Part shown: positions 11,079 through 20,750 of the stretch, in pieces
Layout of the letters: every line of letters starts with the position of its first letter
Position numbering within the stretch: the first letter of the stretch is position 1
DNA from: an uncultured Alphaproteobacteria bacterium
GTDB taxonomy: Bacteria; Pseudomonadota; Alphaproteobacteria; RF32; CAG-239
DNA: 64,000 nucleotides
Assembly (NCBI GenBank): GCA_944393235.1
Contig: CALXZJ010000004.1
Location: 4,162 to 68,161, forward strand
Direction: 5' to 3'
Notes under the pieces: model-generated
Seen by the model: the letters and a program-made list of their open reading frames with translations, nothing else
Database searches by the model: none
What the model was told of the DNA's origin: nothing
Position numbers and translations under genes: made by a program

Positions 11079-13313
11079 TTACATAAACGAATACGGGTTA
11101 ATGTCAACTTCTACATGGACATTTTTAGGAACACTTATCGTTTTAAGCCAATTCTGTAATATCACCTGAATATTTATATTTCGTAAAGTTTTTAAAAGCA
11201 AACGATAGCGAAATTTTCCGCGCAGCATAAAAATCGGAGCAGGCGCCGGCCCTAAAACTTCAACGCCGTTTCCATGCGGGGCGCATTTGGCAAGCTCGGC
11301 GGCAACTTTAGAAGTTGTCTCAACATTAGTACCCGAAACAATCAGTGCGGCCAACTTTCCGTAAGGCGGCAAATGCAGCGTTTGACGGGATTTTTTTTCC
11401 AATTTAACAAATTCTTCGCGGTTGCCGTCAACCAACGCTTTTAGCACCGCGTTTTCCGGATAAAGCGTCTGCATATAGACCACGCCTTTTTTTTCAGCCC
11501 GACCGGCACGGCCTGAAACTTGCGATAATAGCTGAAACGTTTGCTCCGCAGCCCGCAAATCACTGCCCATCAGCCCTAAATCGGCATCGACGATTCCCAC
11601 CAGCGTTAATGCCGGAAAGTGGTGTCCTTTGGCTAAAATCTGCGTGCCGATGATAATGTCTGTTTCACCTTTTTCCATGCGGGATATGGCAGCCGAGATA
11701 TCATTAAAAGACGAGGCGGTATCGCTTGAAAGAATTTCCACCCGTGCTTCCGGAAAGCGCCCTTTAACTTCTTCGGCGATTCGTTCTACCCCCGGACCGC
11801 AAGCCGTCAATCCGGATTCGGAGCCGCATTCGGGGCAAACTTTCGGGATATTGGTCATATAGCCGCAATGGTGGCAAATAAGTTTGCCTGATTTTAAATG
11901 TTCGGTTAACCATGCCGTGCAGTGCGGACATTGGATTCGGTGGCCGCAATCACGACAGATAACCAAAGGCGCATAGCCGCGGCGGTTTAAAAACAGCATA
12001 GACTGTTCGCCTTTTTGCAAGTTTTCTGCCAAAGCCGCGCATAAAGAAGGCGCCAACCATGACATTTGCGGTTTTGGCGGCGTGCTTTGTTCGGCATTGT
12101 CCGATTCTTTTCCGCTTTTAAGCGGTGGCAGCCATTTTACCGGTTTGTCTTTTTTTAAATCAATAATTTTGATTTCTGGCATTTGAGCGGCGGCATAACG
12201 GCTTAAAAGCTTGACGCAGCCGTATTTGCCGCTTTCAACATTAACAATGGTTTCCAAATCGGGCGTGGCAGTAGAAAGAACAATCGGAATATTTTCCAGC
12301 TTGGCGCGCACCACCGCTATATCGCGTGCTTGATAGTTGACGGCGTCTTCTTGTTTAAAAGAATGGTCATGGCTTTCATCAACCACGATCAACCCCAAAT
12401 CGGCATAAGGTAAAAACAAAGCACTGCGGGCACCCACCAAAACTTTGGCACGGTTTTCGGCAACGGCTCTCCATGTTTCGGTACGTTCGCTCAAACTTAA
12501 TGAAGAATGCCATTTTGCCGGTTTGACGCCAAAACGTTTTTCAAACCGAGCTAACCACTGTGTGGTCAAAGAAATTTCCGGCACTAAAATCAACACTTGT
12601 TTTCCGGTTTTAAGAACTTTGGCGGCGGCTTCAAGATAAACTTCGGTTTTGCCCGAACCGGTCACGCCGTCCAGCAATGTAACTGAAAAACCGGCTTCGC
12701 ATTTTGCACATAAATAATCGGCGGCGGCTTGTTGCTCGGCGGTCAGTTGCACTTTATGAAAATCAAGTTTTGGCGGCAGAAATTCTTTTTGTTTTTTAAC
12801 CGGCAGCGGTTCAAGCATGCCGACATCTATCATGGTTTTAATAACGCTCTGGCTCACGCCTGCGCCTTTTGCGATTTCCGCGCGGGAGTAGGGGCCGTGG
12901 CGCAAAAGCTCAATCACCCGCCAGCGGGCGGAAGAATTTTTAAGCTTTGCTTCAGCCAGAGTTTTGCCGGTAAGCTTGTATAAAATATTGACTTTTGGAT
13001 CTTCAAACACCCCTTTGGCGCACAACACCATTTTTAAGATTAAGCCTTTATATGCCAAATTATAATCAGCCGTCCATTCAACCAACTTCATCAATTCCGG
13101 CTGCAAAGGCGGCAGATTAAATGTTTCAATCACACTTTTGATTTTGTTATTATCCAAGTTGGAAGATTTTCCGATTTTCCACGCCACGCCGATTTGTTGC
13201 TCGCGGCCAAACGGCACACGCACAATTTGTCCCAAAACAACATCGTCCTGGACCTTATAATCAAAAACATCGTTAAAAGGCAGCGGCAGCAAAACGCCGA
13301 CAATTTTTTCCAT
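11079..13313 (-). CDS. priA: Primosomal protein N' (PriA helicase).
   Basis: DEAH helicase motifs (GVTGSGKTEVY, DESHD), Cys-rich zinc-binding region (CxxC...CxxC...CxxC); start moved to the internal ATG (MEKIVGVLLP...), which has better context than the ORF-track start. Confidence 0.9.
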   Translation of the reverse strand: MEKIVGVLLPLPFNDVFDYKVQDDVVLGQIVRVPFGREQQIGVAWKIGKSSNLDNNKIKSVIETFNLPPLQPELMKLVEWTADYNLAYKGLILKMVLCAKGVFEDPKVNILYKLTGKTLAEAKLKNSSARWRVIELLRHGPYSRAEIAKGAGVSQSVIKTMIDVGMLEPLPVKKQKEFLPPKLDFHKVQLTAEQQAAADYLCAKCEAGFSVTLLDGVTGSGKTEVYLEAAAKVLKTGKQVLILVPEISLTTQWLARFEKRFGVKPAKWHSSLSLSERTETWRAVAENRAKVLVGARSALFLPYADLGLIVVDESHDHSFKQEDAVNYQARDIAVVRAKLENIPIVLSTATPDLETIVNVESGKYGCVKLLSRYAAAQMPEIKIIDLKKDKPVKWLPPLKSGKESDNAEQSTPPKPQMSWLAPSLCAALAENLQKGEQSMLFLNRRGYAPLVICRDCGHRIQCPHCTAWLTEHLKSGKLICHHCGYMTNIPKVCPECGSESGLTACGPGVERIAEEVKGRFPEARVEILSSDTASSFNDISAAISRMEKGETDIIIGTQILAKGHHFPALTLVGIVDADLGLMGSDLRAAEQTFQLLSQVSGRAGRAEKKGVVYMQTLYPENAVLKALVDGNREEFVKLEKKSRQTLHLPPYGKLAALIVSGTNVETTSKVAAELAKCAPHGNGVEVLGPAPAPIFMLRGKFRYRLLLKTLRNINIQVILQNWLKTISVPKNVHVEVDINPYSFM

Positions 13314-13411
13314 CCATATACCTCTACTGACAACAGATGTTATGAGATTTGCCGGCAACTTTCCACAAATATACCTTTTTTCCCACAGATATTATTTGCT
13401 AAAAAATAATT

Positions 13412-13985
13412 TTAAACCTGTGGCCGCATAAGATAAATAATTAAATAACAGGATATTTCAGAGTTACACATATTGCAAAAGTCATCAATTTCAGACAAAG
13501 TGACCGTACCTAAACAGTTGTTGTTTGTACAATATTGACTGCCCCAAAGTTGGGATGCATTGTAACTTTCTTCATCAGCCTGGGAGCGAAGTTGTAAAGA
13601 ATATAAATTATTGGCATTTTCTTTGGCGACTAAAATCATGTTACGGCAAATTTCAACAGCTCTTTGAGATGCTTTGCCATTAGAAATATCCATGCGGGTT
13701 GATACCTGAAAAAGCCCGATCCAAATCCGGTTTGATTTGGATAGCATTGTTTAAAAGTATATTAAAAGATTCGGCTTGTCTATTGAGCTTATACTTAAAC
13801 ATCGCTTTGGAATAACCGCTGATAGCCCCGACGCTTAAAACACCAATTATCGCCAGTACGCCGAGCATTTCAACCATACTTCTCCCGCATAGAGCCACAT
13901 CTGCTTGCCTCCTTTTATTGTGTGCTGGAGAAGAAAAACTAAAAAAATTGAACAAATTCATCAAAAGAACTCCTGAAAACTGCAA
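13412..13985 (-). pseudogene. Type IV pilin-like gene, copy 1, truncated and frameshifted. The N-terminal part is in one frame (13680-13985) and the C-terminal Cys-motif part in another frame (13412-13747). The central variable region of about 70 aa, present in the other copies, is missing.
   Basis: N-terminal ...CGRSMVEMLGVLAIIGVLSVGAISGYSKAM is identical in kind to the other four copies. The second frame encodes AVEICRNMILVAKENANNLY...C.x4.CLGTVTLSEIDDFCNMC, which aligns with the C-terminal conserved region of copies 4 and 5. The two frames overlap at 13680-13747. Confidence 0.55.
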
Positions 13986-14001
13986 AATAAACGTATTTGC
14001 T

Positions 14002-14056
14002 CGTCATTCTAAACTGTTTTTTTTTTTTGCAATTTTAAAGAGTCTGGTGGGGATAA
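14002..14056 (-). promoter_or_regulatory. Conserved pilin promoter block, copy 1, with a 12-nt homopolymeric T tract (A on the coding strand) at 14017-14028.
   Basis: Block cgtcattctaaac(c/t)g-Tn-gcaattttaaagagtctggtggggataa is repeated upstream of all five pilin-like genes. On the coding strand it reads TTGC-A(n)-CGGTT-TAGAAT (-35-like TTGCAA, -10-like TAGAAT). Confidence 0.4.
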
Positions 14057-14300
14057 GTTTCTACTTATTATTTACTGTCATGCCACTGCCGAGCATTGCT
14101 CGGCAGTTTAGGCATCTCTTCTCCAAACATGCAACAGACGCCTAACCTCGAGTGCTGCGCACTCTCAGGGCGTGACAGTGTTGTATCATCACCCCATGAA
14201 CCGACGCCAGCCCCAATCCTCGTCTCCCACGAGGATACGCCAGTATCCGAGTTTTAGAGGCCCTTCTTTTTTCTTTTGTCATCTCTTCGAGGTACTGAAA
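14057..14300. repeat. Mosaic of short hairpin-forming repeat modules (modules A, B, C, D) upstream of pilin copy 1.
   Basis: Modules gtcatgccactgccgagcattgctcggcagtttaggcatctc, catgcaacagacgcctaacc, caccccatgaaccgacgcc and ccccaatcctcgtctcccacgaggatacgccagtatccgagtt recur in different order upstream of the other pilin copies (30251-30480, 38270-38360, 59791-59940, 61501-61600). Confidence 0.5.
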
Positions 14301-14364
14301 ATCTCAGGGAATACCAGACCCAGCCAAAGAATCGCCAATTATATTGATTTATTTAATATTAAAA

Positions 14365-14393
14365 AACCTGCCTTATCGTATCTAAGGCAGGTA
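14365..14393 (-). terminator. Rho-independent terminator of the 929-aa gene.
   Basis: Hairpin acctgcctta...taaggcaggt followed (on the minus strand) by a T-run; lies immediately 3' of the stop at 14409. Confidence 0.55.
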
Positions 14394-14408
14394 AAATAAA
14401 CGATTTTA

Positions 14409-17198
14409 TTATTTTGTATTTTGCCCGTATTTTTTCAATATGCGTGCAGCTTCCCGATCATCAAGAATTTGTTCTTGATCTGGAGAATTTTTACCTTCAA
14501 TCTGCGACCATGCCGAAAAAATAACTTTACGGACACGAGATTTTCTTGGCGGAGTATAATCCACAACCGGATTTGGATTATCCGGAACAGGTATCGGTCC
14601 GGGAGGTGTCGGAAGTATCGGATCAGGTTCCGGCTCTGGTTCAGGTTCTGGCTCTGGTTCCGGTGTCGGCTCTGGTTCTGGTTCAGGTTCAGGTTCCGGT
14701 GTCGGCTCTGGTGTTGGCTCAGGTTCAGGTTCCGGCTCCGGTCTGTCAATCCGCCGCCATTGACCGTCGTCATCATGACAATCTTTAGCCAAACTAAGCC
14801 CTGTCAATTGAGTGTTTTCTGTGCCGGTTGCCAAAATAGCATCGGTTTTATCCAACATATTGTTGACAGCCAAAGCTTGTTGATCACTGATTTTGTTGCC
14901 GCATCCCAACAAACCAATAAGAGCTTCCATCTCTTGCTGATATTGGTAAAAACGCTGATTGCTATGAATAATTGTGATAATGGACGAAGTTTCTTTATTA
15001 TCAAATTCATTAGGGAACAGCTCTTTTAACCCATTCTTTATTTCGCCTTTTCCGGCGTAAGTGTTTTCCTCGGCAAAAGAAACCAAATTGCGCATTTGAT
15101 CTTCATTTAACCCCAAATCAAGCCTATCAAAACGCTTTTCCAGATAGTCATGTCCGGAAGGCGTTTCTCTTAATGTCCCGTCACCCACCTCATAAGCTTT
15201 GCGCATAAAAGCGTACAAACGGTTAAACTTATAAATGATTTCTTCTTTGGTTTTGCCGGGGAACTGATCCATAGAACCTTCCAGATTCCTATAAACTCGA
15301 TCAAGCGTAACTTCATCGCCGGTTGCTGATTTAAGAGTACCTTCGGTTGTTTGCACCAAAATATTATACTCTCTTCTGGAAATGCCCATTTCTTCACGAG
15401 AAGTATAAGTTCTTGGGAACAACCCTCCGTCAGTATTTTCTGCCGAGGCGTCAGAAACAACATTTGCTTGAGATGCAACAGTTGAACCGCCTTGAGCTTG
15501 AACAACAGTTGTATCTGTTGCCGTTGAATCTTTTACGCCAAACAAACGACCAAGCCAGCTGCCTCGGTTTTGTTTTTCTGGTGTTTCAACATTTACGGGA
15601 GCATCGCTTGAAACAGCTGCCTCAGCATTGCTTTGTCCGCGCGAAAAACCTAACTCTTGAAACACAACGTTAAAACCAAGCCCTATCAAAGCTGAAGTCG
15701 CAGCCTGTTTAAATTCTGTACTTTTTTCTTTATTGTCAGGATCTTTGACAGCAACAGCATATGCAATTGAAGCATCGGTCAATTGGGCAACCGTTGCCGT
15801 TCCTGCACGACCCAAACTGATAGCGTGGCGTGTTTCAGCAATATTAGAAGCCAAAGATACATTCAAACCATCTTTAGCGCCGCCGACCAATGTATTGGCG
15901 GCATCGGCAGCCTCCAAGCCGTCTTTCAGCCAGGCAAAGCCGGCAACCGCCAACCCGGTATTTAAGACACCGCCGATAATGTATGAACGCTTGTCTTTAC
16001 GACTGTTCATTTTGTTTTTCCACGCCTGTTTAAGGGCATCCATAAATTTCAAAGGCGTTTCGCCTTTTTCTTTTTTCTTACGATTAATTCGGCGCATTTC
16101 GGCAATAATCGGATAAACCCAAGCGCCGGCAGTATGATATGCTGCATAAGCCGCAATTGCCGGTACCAAGACGGGAGCGGCTGCCGCACCTGCTGCGCCG
16201 GCTGCCGCAGCTGCCGTCCAGTAACCAAATGCAGCATTGGCGGCAACATTGCCGATTAATTTGAATTTATTATCACTAAAGCTGCCTTTAATATTTTTCC
16301 ATATTTCATAACGATTTTTTGAAATATGATTGGCCAGTTCTTCAAATTTGTTCTTTTTTCTTTGTAAAGAAGCGGCAAGCTTGGAAAATTCAGATTCAAC
16401 GGTTTTTCCTGCTGCTTTGGCTTTATCAACAGCTTGGTTAACAAAAGTTTGCGCTTTACGTTGCAAGGCACTTATATAACGTTCAATTTGAACAGCCGTT
16501 TCGGCGCAGCAGCTTAAAATACTGTCAACCGTCATCTTGATTTTTTCTTTGCCCTGCAAAATTGAACCAAAAACTTCAGTTGCTTTTTTGCTTTGCCGGT
16601 TAACAAAATCTCTATATTCCGGGCTGCCGATAACTTGTTCTTCCTTTGTTGGTTTGTCTAAAGAAGAGGCAATGGTTGTTTGTGCAAAATCCGCAAAGAA
16701 AATTGTTTTAATTTCGTCTTTTAAAATATTATTGCGCTCGGTTTTGCTCATATTTGCAAAATCTTTATTGCCGGCCAAAATGGCTTCGGCTTTCATTTTA
16801 GCGCCGTCAAACAACAAGCTCAGATATTCATTTTTGGTTTTATCATCAACAATTTTTTCCTGATCGCCTTTGCCGTCAATAATTTCGACGCGATCTAAAA
16901 TATCGGCAATATCTTTGTTTTTTGCTCTAAATTCTTCAAAAGTCAGATCAGCGGTGTTTTCTTCCATTTTTTTATAATTGTCCGCATACACCTTGGCAGA
17001 ATCTTCTGTCAGATTATTTTCTGTCTCAAAGGATTTTAAAGCATTCAAAGCATCTTTTAAGGCCGGATTGGTCGGATCTTGTTCGCGTACGATCCGCATG
17101 GCTTCTTGCAGTTGACTTAATGGGCATAAATAAATATCGCCTTTTAAGATTTTCAAGGCTTCGTCAAAAGTCATTTTACCGGTTGTTTCTTTTGCCAT
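14409..17198 (-). CDS. Large secreted/membrane-associated repeat protein (929 aa). It has Gly/Ala-rich hydrophobic hairpin segments and a C-terminal (PE/PT)n low-complexity region. It is a paralog of the 1317-aa protein at 38754-42707.
   Basis: N-terminus MAK..., K/E-rich helical regions, central AAAAAGAAGAAAAPVLVPAIAAYAAY hydrophobic stretch followed by a basic patch, C-terminal PEPEPEPTPEPTPEPEPEPEPEP; no recognisable enzymatic motifs. Confidence 0.65.
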   Translation of the reverse strand: MAKETTGKMTFDEALKILKGDIYLCPLSQLQEAMRIVREQDPTNPALKDALNALKSFETENNLTEDSAKVYADNYKKMEENTADLTFEEFRAKNKDIADILDRVEIIDGKGDQEKIVDDKTKNEYLSLLFDGAKMKAEAILAGNKDFANMSKTERNNILKDEIKTIFFADFAQTTIASSLDKPTKEEQVIGSPEYRDFVNRQSKKATEVFGSILQGKEKIKMTVDSILSCCAETAVQIERYISALQRKAQTFVNQAVDKAKAAGKTVESEFSKLAASLQRKKNKFEELANHISKNRYEIWKNIKGSFSDNKFKLIGNVAANAAFGYWTAAAAAGAAGAAAAPVLVPAIAAYAAYHTAGAWVYPIIAEMRRINRKKKEKGETPLKFMDALKQAWKNKMNSRKDKRSYIIGGVLNTGLAVAGFAWLKDGLEAADAANTLVGGAKDGLNVSLASNIAETRHAISLGRAGTATVAQLTDASIAYAVAVKDPDNKEKSTEFKQAATSALIGLGFNVVFQELGFSRGQSNAEAAVSSDAPVNVETPEKQNRGSWLGRLFGVKDSTATDTTVVQAQGGSTVASQANVVSDASAENTDGGLFPRTYTSREEMGISRREYNILVQTTEGTLKSATGDEVTLDRVYRNLEGSMDQFPGKTKEEIIYKFNRLYAFMRKAYEVGDGTLRETPSGHDYLEKRFDRLDLGLNEDQMRNLVSFAEENTYAGKGEIKNGLKELFPNEFDNKETSSIITIIHSNQRFYQYQQEMEALIGLLGCGNKISDQQALAVNNMLDKTDAILATGTENTQLTGLSLAKDCHDDDGQWRRIDRPEPEPEPEPTPEPTPEPEPEPEPEPTPEPEPEPEPEPEPDPILPTPPGPIPVPDNPNPVVDYTPPRKSRVRKVIFSAWSQIEGKNSPDQEQILDDREAARILKKYGQNTK
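14620..14740. repeat. Hexanucleotide (ggttcN / ggctct) tandem array encoding the (Pro-Glu/Pro-Thr)n tract of the 929-aa protein.
   Basis: About 20 consecutive 6-bp units are visible directly in the sequence. The array is in frame and could expand or contract by recombination or slippage without a frameshift. Confidence 0.7.
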
Positions 17199-17407
17199 TA
17201 CAGCATCTCCCCAATTTACTATATTATTTAATTATCTGCAGTATACACTAAAAAAAACATGATTTCAACATATTTTTGACAAAAAAACAAAAATTCATAT
17301 GAATGCATGATTTAAACAAAAATAAAAGGATACAAAATTTCACTTGCTTTATTGAGAAGCATATACTATAACCGCCTAAAAGTAAAGAGTTTTTGTAAGG
17401 GTAAGCC

Positions 17408-18490
17408 ATGAGGGTAGATTTTTTTGATTTTGATCTGGACAAAAGTTTGATTGCCAAAGAGCCGGTCAATCCGCGGGATGCGTCAAAGTTGCTTGATTTG
17501 TCGATAGAAGGCGAAATTCACGATCGCCATTTTTATGATTTGCCCGACATCTTACAAAAAGGGGATGTCTTAGTTTTTAATGATACGAAAGTTATTCCGG
17601 CAAGGCTGTACGGCAAGCGCGGCGATGCTTTGGTTGAGGTAACGCTTTATCATCCGCAGGATGGCAAATCCTGGTGGTCTTTTATCAAAAATTCAAAGCG
17701 TCTAAAGCCGGAAGATGTTATATCATTTTACACAGACGAAATTAAACCGGGAAGCTCGGATTTTTCTGCCCAAGTTAAAGAAAAAAACGGTGAAGACGGT
17801 GTTTTGATTGAATTTAATTGTGAACCGGACAAGCTTGGAGCATATCTTGAGCAATACGGATCCATGCCGTTGCCGCCGTATATCAAGCGTGACAAACCGG
17901 GGCAGGGGCTTTGGAACCGCTATAACGATAAAGAAAATTATCAAACGGTTTATGCTAAACACGAAGGTGCTGTTGCCGCTCCGACCGCCGGCTTGCATTT
18001 TACGCCGCGGGTTTTGGAAGCGTTGGATAAAAAAGGCATTGAACGTGTTTTTTTAACGCTTCATGTTGGCGCTGGAACATTTTTGCCGGTTAAATCGGAA
18101 GATACCAAAGATCATAAAATGCATGCCGAGTATGGCATCATCACGCCTGAGGCAGCAGAACGCATCAATCGTGCCAAAAAAGAAGGGCGCCGGATTGTTG
18201 CCGTTGGGACGACATCGGTGCGTTTGTTGGAAAGTGCTGCCGATGAAAACGGCGTTTTGCATCCGTTTGCAGGTGAAACAGATATTTTTATTACACCAGG
18301 GTATAAATTTCGCATAATTGATATGATTATCACGAATTTTCATCTGCCAAAATCAACGCTCTTTATGTTAATATGTGCCATAGCAGGTTCAGAACGCATG
18401 AAAGAAGCTTATAAACATGCTATGGAGCAAAAATACCGTTTTTATTCATATGGTGACAGCTCAATCTTAAAATGTGTAAACAAAATTTAA
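17408..18490 (+). CDS. queA: S-adenosylmethionine:tRNA ribosyltransferase-isomerase.
   Basis: 360 aa; conserved QueA N-terminus (DFDLxxxLIAxxPxxxRDxSKLL) and overall collinearity with the family. Confidence 0.93.
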   Translation: MRVDFFDFDLDKSLIAKEPVNPRDASKLLDLSIEGEIHDRHFYDLPDILQKGDVLVFNDTKVIPARLYGKRGDALVEVTLYHPQDGKSWWSFIKNSKRLKPEDVISFYTDEIKPGSSDFSAQVKEKNGEDGVLIEFNCEPDKLGAYLEQYGSMPLPPYIKRDKPGQGLWNRYNDKENYQTVYAKHEGAVAAPTAGLHFTPRVLEALDKKGIERVFLTLHVGAGTFLPVKSEDTKDHKMHAEYGIITPEAAERINRAKKEGRRIVAVGTTSVRLLESAADENGVLHPFAGETDIFITPGYKFRIIDMIITNFHLPKSTLFMLICAIAGSERMKEAYKHAMEQKYRFYSYGDSSILKCVNKI

Positions 18491-18550
18491 CCAATACACT
18501 TTTATAATAGCGCCGTATTGTTAAGTTTCAGAACAAAAGAAAGGCCTTTT

Positions 18551-19696
18551 ATGATACCGGGGCTCAAACAAATATTGTTATCGGTTAAAACATCTTATCT
18601 TCCGGCATTAATTTTGGGTATCGCCGCTTTGTATTTTTGTGGCAAAGTGCGTTTTCAAGCCGGAGAGTATCTGCCTTTTCATATGTTATTTTATATTTTG
18701 ATCGTAATAAATGCGGTATTTGTGTTAGCTGTCGGAGAAGTCAAACCCTTGTTTCATCTTGTTTGGATTACGGCGGTATATCTGGCGATTAATAATTTGT
18801 CGCTTTGCTATGGTACAGAGGCATTGCAAATGCCGGAGTTTCAGTGTTTTCAGATTTTGTTACCGCTAAATTGGCTTTATTTTGCCATGTCTGAAAAAGA
18901 TCGTTTAAATGATATGAGTAATTTTTATAGTTTATGTTTTATATTATTAGAACTGGCTTTAATTGAAAATTCTGCCCGTTTTTTCAATGCAGAAAGCTTT
19001 TCTGGTATAGAAAATATTTTGCCATACGAGTGGGCTGCAGTTTTGGTCGGGTTGTTATTGTTAGCCAGCCGTGATGGAAGTATCAAAAACACCGGGGTGC
19101 TTTTTGCATATATTTGTTTGGGTATAGCTTTGTTAAATAAATCATCTCCGGCGGCGTTATGTTTGTTTTTCGGTACGGCTGCGCTTATCTTATTTATAAC
19201 AAGCCTGCACAGTTATATTTATACATATATTCGAGATAATCTAACAGGGGTATATAGTCGTCGTATGTTTGCGATTCATGCCCGTAAATCATTTCCGTTA
19301 AAGTTTAGCATAGGCGTCATCTGTCTGGATGATTATACCAAACTATTGCGCGTTTTTGGCTTAAAAAAAGTAAATAGCCTTCTTAAAATGATTATTAATA
19401 AGATACACGAATTGGATACCGGTGGAACGATATATCGTTATAATGATGATGAGTTTATTATAGTTTTCAAAAACGAAGATAAAAAACAAAGCTATGAATA
19501 TCTGGAAAATATTCGCCGCACGATTGCCGGTGCCGAATTCGTATTAAACCGCAAACAAATCTTAAAAGTGACAATATCGGCAGGTGTTTCCGAAAAAAAA
19601 CGTAGCGATACAGACGTTAATGCGGTTTTGGAACGAACGCGGGAAGTCTTGCAAAAAGCCTATAAATTTGCCCAAAACATTACTTCAAAAGCATAA
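18551..19696 (+). CDS. Integral membrane protein with a C-terminal degenerate GGDEF (diguanylate cyclase-like) domain.
   Basis: About 7 predicted TM helices followed by a GGDEF-fold region in which the active-site motif reads RYNDDEF instead of RYGGEEF. Start moved to the ATG with a GAAAGG RBS; the ORF-track start is a TTG. Confidence 0.55.
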   Translation: MIPGLKQILLSVKTSYLPALILGIAALYFCGKVRFQAGEYLPFHMLFYILIVINAVFVLAVGEVKPLFHLVWITAVYLAINNLSLCYGTEALQMPEFQCFQILLPLNWLYFAMSEKDRLNDMSNFYSLCFILLELALIENSARFFNAESFSGIENILPYEWAAVLVGLLLLASRDGSIKNTGVLFAYICLGIALLNKSSPAALCLFFGTAALILFITSLHSYIYTYIRDNLTGVYSRRMFAIHARKSFPLKFSIGVICLDDYTKLLRVFGLKKVNSLLKMIINKIHELDTGGTIYRYNDDEFIIVFKNEDKKQSYEYLENIRRTIAGAEFVLNRKQILKVTISAGVSEKKRSDTDVNAVLERTREVLQKAYKFAQNITSKA

Positions 19697-19698
19697 AG

Positions 19699-20508
19699 CT
19701 ACAAATAAGGATCAAGCTTTTTGCTAGTTAAAGCATGATAAACAGCCCATGCCCCCAAAACAATAAACGGCAGAGAAAGCATTTGTCCCATCGTTATATG
19801 ACCAAAAACAAAGCCGAGTTGGGCATCTGGTTCGCGAAACTGTTCAACCAAAATTCGAAACCCACCGTATAAAATTAAGAACAGTCCCGAAACAAAACCG
19901 GTATGCTGTCGAATCCACTTTTTTTGCCATAACAAATTAAGAATGATAAATAACAAAACCCCCTCTAAGAAAGCCTCATATAACTGTGAAGGATGCCGCG
20001 GCAGATAACCGCCGTTTGGAAAACGTATAGCCCAAGGAACACTGCTAACCCGACCCCACAATTCATCATTGGCAAAATTAGCCAGCCTGCCGCAAAACAT
20101 ACCAATGGGAGCATACAAAGCGACTAAATCCGTTATGCTTAAAAAAGGATAATGGATTTTTCTTGCTACCAGATAAGAGGCTGCAATAACACCGATAATC
20201 CCGCCATGAAAAGACATGCCGCCATGCCATATGGCAAAAACCTCCAGTGGATTTTGCCAAAAAATATTTTGCCCGTAAAACAAAACATAACCTAATCTGC
20301 CGCCCAAGATAATGCCAAGTGTTATATAAAATACCAAATCTTCCAAATTGGACTTGCTGATAGGAAGGTTATATTTACGAACATTCCGCAGCACCAAATA
20401 CCAAGCAGCAAGAATGCCAAACAAATACGCCATAGAATACCACCGTATGGCAATCGGGCCTATAGAAAAAATAATAGGCGAAATTTCAGGGTAGGCTAAA
20501 CCGGTCAT
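19699..20508 (-). CDS. lgt: Prolipoprotein diacylglyceryl transferase.
   Basis: 269 aa polytopic membrane protein with the Lgt signature region (HGGxxS.HGG, GRLANFxNxElWGR). Confidence 0.9.
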   Translation of the reverse strand: MTGLAYPEISPIIFSIGPIAIRWYSMAYLFGILAAWYLVLRNVRKYNLPISKSNLEDLVFYITLGIILGGRLGYVLFYGQNIFWQNPLEVFAIWHGGMSFHGGIIGVIAASYLVARKIHYPFLSITDLVALYAPIGMFCGRLANFANDELWGRVSSVPWAIRFPNGGYLPRHPSQLYEAFLEGVLLFIILNLLWQKKWIRQHTGFVSGLFLILYGGFRILVEQFREPDAQLGFVFGHITMGQMLSLPFIVLGAWAVYHALTSKKLDPYL

Positions 20509-20750
20509 AAAACATCCTTAAAAACAGGTTTCTTAAATTATTTAAAAGTATATTAATAAACTTAACATAATCCACACATAAAATTAATTTTTTATACACA
20601 GGATTTGTAGTGCATTGATTTTGCTGAATTTTATAAAAAGACAAAATAAAAAAAACTAAAATGGTGGAAAACTGTTGAAACATGATTGTCTAAACCGACT
20701 CGGTGTTGCAATCTAAAAACAGTTAAATTTTTTATATAAAAGGCTGATAA

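Noticed and set aside
14002-14056. Possible sigma-54 (-24/-12) promoter in the conserved pilin upstream block
   Set aside because: No GG-N10-GC arrangement: the sequence 5' of TTGC is actctttaaaa rather than TGGCAC-N5. The sigma-70-like TTGCAA/TAGAAT reading fits better.
14421-15029. 202-aa plus-strand ORF rich in W/R/F overlapping the 929-aa gene
   Set aside because: It is the antisense reading of the (PE)n hexanucleotide array and adjacent coding sequence, and has no independent signals.
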